NCBI GenBank assembly: GCA_026224775.1
Contig: JAMFRP010000030.1
Location: 10,013-74,012, forward strand
Length of the DNA stretch: 64,000 nt
Source: Bacteroidota bacterium
Lineage (GTDB): Bacteria; Bacteroidota; Bacteroidia; Sphingobacteriales; Sphingobacteriaceae
Direction: 5' to 3'
Position numbers and translations under genes: made by a program. Shown here piece by piece: positions 9,237-16,260 of the stretch. Positions within the stretch are counted from its first letter, which is position 1, and every line of letters begins with the position of its first letter. A model generated the notes under the pieces. The model did no database searches. It was not told the DNA's origin and saw only the letters and a program-made list of their open reading frames with translations.

Positions 9237-9252
9237 TGCAATATATAGACCA
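9237..9252 (-). promoter_or_regulatory. sigma54 -24/-12 promoter of kinase 8336-9172 and regulator 6357-8315
   Basis: TGGTCTATATATTGCA (GG-N10-GC); IHF-like AATCAACATCTTA at 9271-9283; palindrome at 9314-9331, 61 nt away. Confidence 0.65.
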
Positions 9253-9313
9253 CGTAAACAATTCATTAATAATCAACATCTTACATAAAAAGCAATTTAT
9301 CCAATCAACGGTA

Positions 9314-9331
9314 TTTCGCTGAACAGCGAAC
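9314..9331. promoter_or_regulatory. Palindromic enhancer-like site
   Basis: TTTCG-CTGAACAG-CGAAC. Confidence 0.65.
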
Positions 9332-9353
9332 GCATAGGCGATTTTGTCGATGA

Positions 9354-10994
9354 TTAACAGGGAATCTCTTTGATCAAAGCGCTCTTGTCAAATCTGTCGT
9401 TATCTTCGCTGATGAGGATTTTCTTTGAGAAGATGACCTGCATATAAAGCCCCTCTTCATTGCTAAGCTTGAGCTGTCCACCCAATTGCTTGCTTAACCC
9501 ACTCATTAAGCTCATGCCCAAAGAATTACAATCAGCTATATTAAAGTCATGCGGCAATCCTTTACCGTTGTCGGCAATCGACAGCTTTATATTCTCGTTG
9601 TCAATTCCATTAAGGCCGATAACTATCGTTCCTTTTATTTGGGGCGTAAATGCATGCTTAATTGCATTGGTAACCGCTTCGTTAAGGATGAGACCTATCG
9701 GTACAGCCTGTGCCACGTCCAAACAAATGGGTTCAACTTCGAGCATTATCAAGATATTCTTTGCGGTATCAAAACATTCCCTTAAATACCCAGTCAGGTC
9801 AGTGATATAATCGAACATGTCGATACAGGTGAGGTTCTCTGTCTGGTATAATTTCTGGTGGATAAGTGATATGGAAAACATTCGGTGCTGGCTTTCACGG
9901 ATCGCCTCAAGCGCTTTGTCATTATCTAAATATAACGATTGTGTATTCAACAGGCTGATCACGATCTGGAGGTTATTCTTCACCCGGTGATGAATTTCCT
10001 TCAACAGCCATTCTTTTTCACTTAACAGGTATTCCAGCGACAGATTTTTTTTGCTTATCTCCAGGTTAGCCTCTTGTTTTAAGCGATACCTGTTGTAGAG
10101 TAAACCGACGATGATGAGCAACAAAAGCACGCCCAGCAAAGTTACATTTCTGGTCATGTTTGATTTTTCGAGCGCATTTAACTGCAGTTTGTTACTGGTT
10201 CTCAATAATTGGATATCGCGTTCTTTTTTTTCCGTTTCAAACTGCATTTGTACGTTCCGAACCTTTTGTAAAACATTGGTTCGTGCAATGGAATCATACA
10301 TCAGCTTTACATTGGTCAGGTGCACAACTGCCGACTTATAATCTCTGGTGGCTGTGTCCACTTTAAAATAGCTCTCGAAAAGAATTCGCCGGTCTTGTAT
10401 AGTACCAGCCCTTATATTCATCGGAAGGGTGGATTCCAAATACTTTTTGGCCGCTGCATATTGCTTAGTTATAATAAAATAATTAATAATGATATGAAAC
10501 GGCTTTACTTTTAACCCTTCATTAATTTTTGCGTCGTTTACTAATAACAAAAGGAGCTCACAATAATGCTTCGCTTTGGTCAACTCGTTTTCCCCGGTAT
10601 AAAAGTCCAAAAGCTTACTATAAATATTAAGTCGGTCAGTTATGTTGTCCGGAACTTTATACCCTGCCACAATCCGGTCAACCAAGCGGGCTGCATCTTG
10701 TCTCTGATTCTTTTCATTCAGTGCATTGGCAATGGTTAGCGCCGTCATATAGGTTGCCTGGTCATTCCCTTTTTTCTCAGCAATTAAAAGTTCGTTCTGC
10801 AGATCACTTATCGCCGGGGATTCTGTGCCGTGACGGGCACCACCAACATCATTTTGTGTACGCGTCCTGTTTTGTGCAGTATCGTACAGGGGATGTGACT
10901 TGCCGGGCGATGCTAAAAGTTTCGACGCTAACGGCGGTGAAAATATTAAAAGAAAAATAAAAGAAATAGCCGGTTTCAGTAATATATTATTCAT
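9354..10994 (-). CDS. Membrane sensor histidine kinase (periplasmic helical repeats + HisKA_2 + HATPase)
   Basis: Signal peptide, helical repeats, FETEKKE..I..L coiled coil, TM, KEIHHRVKNNLQ, NEAVTNA, ADNGKG; likely start ATG 10994. Confidence 0.92.
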   Translation of the reverse strand: MNNILLKPAISFIFLLIFSPPLASKLLASPGKSHPLYDTAQNRTRTQNDVGGARHGTESPAISDLQNELLIAEKKGNDQATYMTALTIANALNEKNQRQDAARLVDRIVAGYKVPDNITDRLNIYSKLLDFYTGENELTKAKHYCELLLLLVNDAKINEGLKVKPFHIIINYFIITKQYAAAKKYLESTLPMNIRAGTIQDRRILFESYFKVDTATRDYKSAVVHLTNVKLMYDSIARTNVLQKVRNVQMQFETEKKERDIQLLRTSNKLQLNALEKSNMTRNVTLLGVLLLLIIVGLLYNRYRLKQEANLEISKKNLSLEYLLSEKEWLLKEIHHRVKNNLQIVISLLNTQSLYLDNDKALEAIRESQHRMFSISLIHQKLYQTENLTCIDMFDYITDLTGYLRECFDTAKNILIMLEVEPICLDVAQAVPIGLILNEAVTNAIKHAFTPQIKGTIVIGLNGIDNENIKLSIADNGKGLPHDFNIADCNSLGMSLMSGLSKQLGGQLKLSNEEGLYMQVIFSKKILISEDNDRFDKSALIKEIPC

Positions 10995-11077
10995 GGAATC
11001 TAAAATGATAAGGTAAAGCACCTTGCATGATAATATAAGGAAAAGGCCCCTGATGTAATTTGCATGACCTCCGGATA

Positions 11078-11092
11078 CGAAAATTCAAGCCA
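11078..11092 (-). promoter_or_regulatory. Candidate sigma54 promoter of kinase 9354-10994
   Basis: TGGCTTGAATTTTCG (weak -12); palindrome at 11154-11171, 61 nt away. Confidence 0.45.
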
Positions 11093-11153
11093 AAACTTAA
11101 TTATCTAAATATAAAGCACTTATGAATTTACCTCAATTATCATTTTAGTGATT

Positions 11154-11171
11154 TTTCGCTATTTTGCGAAA
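11154..11171. promoter_or_regulatory. Palindromic enhancer-like site
   Basis: TTTCG-CTATTTTG-CGAAA, overlapping the perfect palindrome GCGAAATTTCGC (11166-11177). Confidence 0.65.
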
Positions 11172-11440
11172 TTTCGCCAAAACGTAATTTATTCAAGCGG
11201 AGTTTATGGCGATCGTGCAATATTATCATATTAACCTTTGCTGTTCTGAGCGTCATTATTAATCATATTACGTGCAATCTTTCCCACGCTGACAGCAAGA
11301 TGATTTCCAGCCAGTTTACATCCACCAGTAAAAACCAATAGCATTATTCCGATAAGCTTTGATGCTGCACCTTTTGATAAGTTGCGTTCATGCCATATGA
11401 CAAGCTGATCAAGTTCAGTAATCGCACGACATAAATAGCT

Positions 11441-11668
11441 TTACTGTATAGTGAATTTATCAACCCACCGTTTTATCACCGGCACGAGAATAAAACCTAC
11501 CGGGATCGAAATACAGCAGCCGGTAATAAAATCCGGCCCCCACATTACCAGGAATTCATTATTCAATGGATGATGTGTCCACAAAATGCCGAAACTCAAT
11601 ATAGCCGTGGTAGCGATAGAAACAAGTACGATAAATACAGCGAAGCCCTGCCCTTTTGATAATTTCAT
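11441..11668 (-). CDS. DUF2798-like small membrane protein
   Basis: Two TM segments with FLVMWGPDFITGCCISIPVGFILVPVIKRWV pattern. Confidence 0.7.
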   Translation of the reverse strand: MKLSKGQGFAVFIVLVSIATTAILSFGILWTHHPLNNEFLVMWGPDFITGCCISIPVGFILVPVIKRWVDKFTIQ

Positions 11669-11694
11669 AGTAATCTTTTATGATATGCGGTAAA

Positions 11695-11709
11695 TCAAAC
11701 TAAATACCA
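11695..11709 (-). promoter_or_regulatory. Candidate sigma54 promoter of the DUF2798 gene
   Basis: TGGTATTTAGTTTGA; site TTTAA-AGAATTAG-CGAAG at 11772-11789, 62 nt away. Confidence 0.5.
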
Positions 11710-11884
11710 AGATTTTAAATACTAATTTACAACTAGTTAACCTAAAAAGCCTTCAATCAACATTTGCGACATTTAAAGAATTAGCGAAGCTTGCATAAAA
11801 TTTGTATGTTCATCTTCAGTCGGAATAATTGAAAAACCACTCAGCTATTTATTAGCGGGATTTGCGGTAACCAATATCTAACAA

Positions 11885-12442
11885 CTAAAATGGACAACCT
11901 GCTGCCGGATTTAATCGCTCTTTATCTTTTACTAGGGAGGGTACTTTATGAGAAAACGTCACAATCCATATGCTGTCAAAATCATTTCCCGGCCAGTTGA
12001 GTACGCTCGATGATATCCCCAAATATTCCAGAATAGGTGTTATACCCTGGTGATCCCAAATGATAAATACAGTACCATTTTCTTTCAATAACGCCTTTCC
12101 AATTCCTTCATAATCGTCTGAATCGAATTCGGAGTTAAGTGTCAAGTCATATTTAATTATAAAAGGGCTAATGGTTTGCAGCATCCGGGCATGTTTGGTT
12201 ACTGATCCGGGTTTCACCGAAGGAACGTAAATATTATCAGGTCTACCGAATCGTTTATAAAGTAATCCGGATAACTGCATCGATCGATTGAATCCCTGAC
12301 AAGTCAGATTATCGCCGTCAGCTGATTTTTCAGCATGTCTTATAAAAATCAATTTCAAAGTCTTGCTTTGAGCACTTAGGGCTGTATTGAATAATACCAA
12401 TATCACTACTAAGCTGATTAAAAATGTTTGTACTTGTTTCAT
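11885..12442 (-). CDS. Exported histidine phosphatase superfamily protein
   Basis: Signal peptide; LIFIRHAEK; RMLQTI; IIWDH. Confidence 0.85.
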   Translation of the reverse strand: MKQVQTFLISLVVILVLFNTALSAQSKTLKLIFIRHAEKSADGDNLTCQGFNRSMQLSGLLYKRFGRPDNIYVPSVKPGSVTKHARMLQTISPFIIKYDLTLNSEFDSDDYEGIGKALLKENGTVFIIWDHQGITPILEYLGISSSVLNWPGNDFDSIWIVTFSHKVPSLVKDKERLNPAAGCPF

Positions 12443-12465
12443 CTCTTATTAATTTAAAATTATTA

Positions 12466-12546
12466 TTACTTTTTTCCTGTTTGACCGCCAAATGGGCCAA
12501 TCTCCCATGCTACCTCAACAGAGTGGTAAGCATACTGATTAGCCAT
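12466..12546 (-). CDS. Candidate 26-aa small ORF
   Basis: Manual translation MANQYAYHSVEVAWEIGPFGGQTGKK; A-rich start context AAAAAACGAAATTAAA-ATG; co-oriented between two genes. Confidence 0.35.
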   Translation of the reverse strand: MANQYAYHSVEVAWEIGPFGGQTGKK

Positions 12547-12614
12547 TTTAATTTCGTTTTTTTATTTGACGTTTTTTGTAAACAAGCATTTTTATCATAG
12601 GAAGGAACTCGTTC

Positions 12615-13115
12615 TTATAATACTTCCACCTGATTGACGTTAACCAGCAAAAACCATGAATCCACCAGGCATTTAATAAACGAAATGCTAATTCCGGGCA
12701 ACAGGTAGTAAATTCCGTTTCCAGAACCCGATAGCAATACTGCTCCCGCCATAATAAATGGAATAATAGCCACCTGCGTAAAGAACAAGGTTTTAAAGTA
12801 TTGGGTCTTTAAGTTTTTTTCGACTCGTTTATAAGAAATAAAGTCAAGCCAGGTATTAATGACCCAAACCATGAGTCCTGTCGCCAAAATTTCGCTGCCC
12901 ATATACACCATCTGTTGCTTGGGAGCCAGGCAAAGTGATGACACTATCAGAATATTCGTCAACAGCAAAAGAGATCCCAAAGCCCTGCTTGGCACATGTA
13001 ATTTGGTGATCATTAAAATCTTTTGGAGATTAATGGATAGTCCTATAAAAATAAGGCCGGTTAATGTAGATGCCGCACCGGCTGTCGCTAAAAAATAATT
13101 GGCCCATTGTCCCAT
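12615..13115 (-). CDS. Hypothetical multi-pass membrane protein
   Basis: W.NYFLATAGAASTLTGLIFIGLSINL and 4-5 hydrophobic helices; likely start ATG 13115 because the TTG at 13172 lies in a promoter motif. Confidence 0.75.
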   Translation of the reverse strand: MGQWANYFLATAGAASTLTGLIFIGLSINLQKILMITKLHVPSRALGSLLLLTNILIVSSLCLAPKQQMVYMGSEILATGLMVWVINTWLDFISYKRVEKNLKTQYFKTLFFTQVAIIPFIMAGAVLLSGSGNGIYYLLPGISISFIKCLVDSWFLLVNVNQVEVL

Positions 13116-13156
13116 AGTTTTAAGTTCCTCTGAATAGTAACAGTGATCAGACCTAT

Positions 13157-13171
13157 TCAATTTAAGTTCCA
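13157..13171 (-). promoter_or_regulatory. Candidate sigma54 promoter of the membrane protein/phosphatase unit
   Basis: TGGAACTTAAATTGA; IHF-like TATCAGTTACTTA 13189-13201; TTTCG-TTAATTGT-CGAAA at 13233-13250, 61 nt away. Confidence 0.6.
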
Positions 13172-13232
13172 AGTCCTATTTCACACAATATCAGTTACTT
13201 ACACTTAACATTGGCAAAGGTCAATCTCTTCA

Positions 13233-13313
13233 TTTCGTTAATTGTCGAAAAATGACAATCTACATGGTACCGAGTGCGCATTCTTATTTGCGAAATTTCG
13301 AGTTTTGATGAAA
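13233..13313. promoter_or_regulatory. Two palindromic enhancer-like sites between divergent promoters
   Basis: TTTCG-TTAATTGT-CGAAA (13233-13250) and TTTCG-AGTTTTGA-TGAAA (13296-13313). Confidence 0.65.
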
Positions 13314-13374
13314 TATAAACACAGAAACCGGATCAATCATTCAATATACATCTAACTACCAGATAGTTAACAAA

Positions 13375-13390
13375 TGGCATTCACGTTGCA
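13375..13390 (+). promoter_or_regulatory. sigma54 -24/-12 promoter of the MBL hydrolase
   Basis: TGGCATTCACGTTGCA, near-consensus, 33 nt before ATG 13424; palindrome ends at 13313, 61 nt away. Confidence 0.8.
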
Positions 13391-13423
13391 CCATCGGCAA
13401 TTAACTATTAAAAATAAATTCTT

Positions 13424-14104
13424 ATGAACTTTACATACTATGGACATTCCTGCTTTTCAGTTGAAATACAGGGTAAACACATTCTCTTCGATCCTTTTAT
13501 TTCGCCAAACTCGTTGGCAAAAGATGTAAAAATTGATGAGATCCATGCAGACTATATTTTTGTTTCGCATGCACATTTCGACCATACTGCAGACCTGGTG
13601 TATCTGGCAAAGAAGACAGGTGCCAAAGTAGTATCCAATGTAGAAATTACCGGGTGGTGCGAAAAACAGGGAATCAATAGCACGCAGCTTTTAAACCCGG
13701 GTGGCAAGTGGGCATTTGACTTTGGTGTAGTCAAATGCTTCATCGCCATTCACTCCAGCAGTTTCCCAGATGGCGAATATGGCGGAGTCCCAAGCGGCTT
13801 CGTATTCAAGACAACTGAAGGCTGCTTTTATTATAGCGGAGACACGGCCCTCACTCTCGATATGCAATTAATTCCTAAATGGGCTAAGTTAGATTTTGCA
13901 GTTCTGCCAATTGGGGATGATGCCACGATGGGTGCAGAAGATGCTGCTGAAGTTGCAAAAATTGTCGATGTGAAGACGGTAATAGGCGTACACTATGACA
14001 CTTTTGAATTTATAAAAATCGATCATCAGGCGGCAATAGATCAATTCAGCAATAATGAACTTTCCCTGAAATTGCTGGAAATAGGATCTACCGTCGTTTT
14101 ATAA
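13424..14104 (+). CDS. Metal-dependent hydrolase, metallo-beta-lactamase fold (UPF0173-like)
   Basis: YYGHSCF, FDPF, SHAHFDH, AIHSSS, YYSGDT, VLPIGD, IGVHYDTF. Confidence 0.92.
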   Translation: MNFTYYGHSCFSVEIQGKHILFDPFISPNSLAKDVKIDEIHADYIFVSHAHFDHTADLVYLAKKTGAKVVSNVEITGWCEKQGINSTQLLNPGGKWAFDFGVVKCFIAIHSSSFPDGEYGGVPSGFVFKTTEGCFYYSGDTALTLDMQLIPKWAKLDFAVLPIGDDATMGAEDAAEVAKIVDVKTVIGVHYDTFEFIKIDHQAAIDQFSNNELSLKLLEIGSTVVL

Positions 14105-14180
14105 AGAGTAGGGTTTTTAATACAAAGAACCTAAACTGCCTCAAGACTGCCGACTTAGCTCTCCGCTAAAAAGAATACAG

Positions 14181-14222
14181 TTAACCCTATAATTGCCCGT
14201 ATACAGGTAATCATAGGGTTAA
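14181..14222. terminator. Intergenic hairpin
   Basis: TTAACCCTAT..ATAGGGTTAA 10-bp arms. Confidence 0.4.
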
Positions 14223-14266
14223 TTTAACACTTCAATAGTTTTACTTAATGCTAAATAATTAGTGAA

Positions 14267-15460
14267 ATGCTCCAAACTGAACTGACCAAGAAACAGACCT
14301 TGATAATGGCGGTTACCGCGGGCGTGTGCGTCGCCAATGTGTATTATAGCCAGCCGCTATTGAAAGATATCGCGATGTCTTTTCATATACAAAATAAAGA
14401 TGCCGGTTTGGTTTCTGTGTTGGCGCAAGCGGGATACGGCATTGGGTTATTCCTGATAACCCCGCTTGGGGATAAAATTGACAGGAAACGACTCTTGTTA
14501 TTCTTACAGTCAGCATTGATCTTATCACTTTTAAGTATTTCGGTCTTCAACAACATTTATGTACTCTATGGCTGCAGTCTTGCTATTGGCATATTTGCCA
14601 TAACGGCGCAGATCGTATTACCGATGGCAGCTGCAATGGTTACGAAGAACAGGGGCGCGGTGGTCGGAAAGATATTTACCGGGGTCTTGATAGGCGTTTT
14701 ATCAGCCAGGGTGATCAGCGGATTCATTGGTGAATATTTCGGCTGGAGAGCGGTTTATTTGATTTCATCTATTTTGGTGGCTGCCACCGCGGTACTGATG
14801 CAGCTAAATTTTAAATCCAAAAAAGAATCATTTGACGGCCATTACTTTAAATTACTCGAATCTGTTTTAAACCAGGTCGGAAGGTTCTCCGCATTAAGGA
14901 GATCAGCGCTTACCGGTGCGCTTATATTTGGTACGTTAAGTGCGTTTTGGACAACCCTTACTTTTCACCTGAGTTCTTCCCCCCTGAATCTGTCGACTGA
15001 TCAGATCGGTTTGTTCGGGTTGCTGGCAGTCATGGGAGCCCTGTTAGCGCCATTATTCGGGAGATTATCTGACAAAAGCAATAATCCTAAAAAGCCATTG
15101 TTACTGGCGGCCTTGTTGGTACTGATAAGCATTATCCTGCTACATCTGTTTCCATTATCCATACCGGTAATCAGCATTTCTGTTTTATTGCTTGACATTG
15201 GAGTGCAGGCAGCACAGGTAACCAATCTTGCCTTGATATATACCCTGGACACACAGGCAAGCAGCCGGATTAACACAGTCTATATGACGGCTTATTTCTT
15301 TGGCGGATCATTCGGGGCTTTTTGCGGTCTCAAATCCTTTCAATCCGGGGGTTGGAATGCTGTCACCTGGCAAATGATGATTTTTGTCTTACTGGCCATA
15401 CTGGTCATTTTGCTCGGCAGAACCTTTGCCAGCAAAAAAGCTAAGGTAATAACCCAATGA
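14267..15460 (+). CDS. MFS transporter (YnfM/PbuE-like)
   Basis: About 12 TM segments; ANVYYSQPLL, PLGDKIDRKRL, GEYFGWR, SRINTVYM. Confidence 0.9.
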   Translation: MLQTELTKKQTLIMAVTAGVCVANVYYSQPLLKDIAMSFHIQNKDAGLVSVLAQAGYGIGLFLITPLGDKIDRKRLLLFLQSALILSLLSISVFNNIYVLYGCSLAIGIFAITAQIVLPMAAAMVTKNRGAVVGKIFTGVLIGVLSARVISGFIGEYFGWRAVYLISSILVAATAVLMQLNFKSKKESFDGHYFKLLESVLNQVGRFSALRRSALTGALIFGTLSAFWTTLTFHLSSSPLNLSTDQIGLFGLLAVMGALLAPLFGRLSDKSNNPKKPLLLAALLVLISIILLHLFPLSIPVISISVLLLDIGVQAAQVTNLALIYTLDTQASSRINTVYMTAYFFGGSFGAFCGLKSFQSGGWNAVTWQMMIFVLLAILVILLGRTFASKKAKVITQ

Positions 15461-15674
15461 CCTTTCGGAATTGTGCAAACCGAAAGTGGTTAGCGACAGC
15501 AACTTTATAACAGCACGGCCAATATTTGTCAGGTTTGCTAATGCCGTTTTATACATACCCCTAGGCAGCCAGTTTTGCCACTGGCACTGCCCTTCCGATT
15601 GCTAAAAACTTAACCATGAAATAACGGCTACTTCATAGCCGACCATTAGAAAAATGGAAAAAAATTTCGCATTC

Positions 15675-15770
15675 ATTCGCTATTTAGCGGAATACAACTA
15701 AACTCCAGGCTCGATAGCTACCTTAAATATACTGATTTACAGTTATTTATAAATTGGCTTCGCATTTGGT
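15675..15770 (+). promoter_or_regulatory. Enhancer + IHF-like + sigma54 promoter module for 15860-18834
   Basis: ATTCG-CTATTTAG-CGGAA (15675-15692); AATCAGTATATTT on minus (15725-15737); TGGCTTCGCATTTGGT (15755-15770); spacer 62 nt. Confidence 0.6.
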
Positions 15771-15859
15771 AATCATTTTTAGGAGGATCATCAATTCGGT
15801 TAGAATTCAGTAGTCACTCCATTCACAGTATTGTATTATAACTTAAAACTAAGACAACA

Positions 15860-16216
15860 ATGAAAAATGATCAAAATCAAACGGAACTGATCATAGACCT
15901 CCAGGAACGAGGTTACGATCAGGATTTTATTCTTCAAAATGAAGGCATTCTCTGCGTTCAACAAAATGAGCTCGTCCCTCCGGAAGAATTCGAAATTGTG
16001 GAAACCCATCGTTTTGAAGGCAAGTTCCGACGCGACGATTTCATCATTTATGCCATTTCCCTCACGCATTGTGATGTAAAAGGAATTTTAATGACACCGG
16101 TTAGCACTTATACCAAAGGCGTCTCTATTCATTTATGGTCAAAGCTGGCTACCAATATTAAGAATACCGTGAAAGAGGTCCGCAACAATGCCTTTAGCGA
16201 ACTAGCATTCGCATGA
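15860..16216 (+). CDS. Conserved Bacteroidota hypothetical protein
   Basis: LQERGY..F..EFEIVETHRFEG..IIYAI..KGILM pattern of a common small Bacteroidota family; function unknown. Confidence 0.75.
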   Translation: MKNDQNQTELIIDLQERGYDQDFILQNEGILCVQQNELVPPEEFEIVETHRFEGKFRRDDFIIYAISLTHCDVKGILMTPVSTYTKGVSIHLWSKLATNIKNTVKEVRNNAFSELAFA

Positions 16217-16260
16217 TTTATTAATTGGTTCATCAAATAAATAGCTTACAACAGACCATC

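Noticed and set aside
11240-11440. Open frame continuing past the DUF2798 stop
   Set aside because: No start codon near its 5' end and no recognisable protein features.
13424-14104. Beta-lactamase resistance gene
   Set aside because: No signal peptide; motifs fit cytoplasmic UPF0173-type hydrolases rather than class B beta-lactamases.
14161-14178. Half-site CTCCG-CTAAAAAG upstream of the MFS gene
   Set aside because: No GG-N10-G box at the expected distance.
15860-16216. Naming this protein a PRPP synthetase, as I recall homologues are often labelled
   Set aside because: 118 aa with no phosphoribosyltransferase or PRPP-binding motif.
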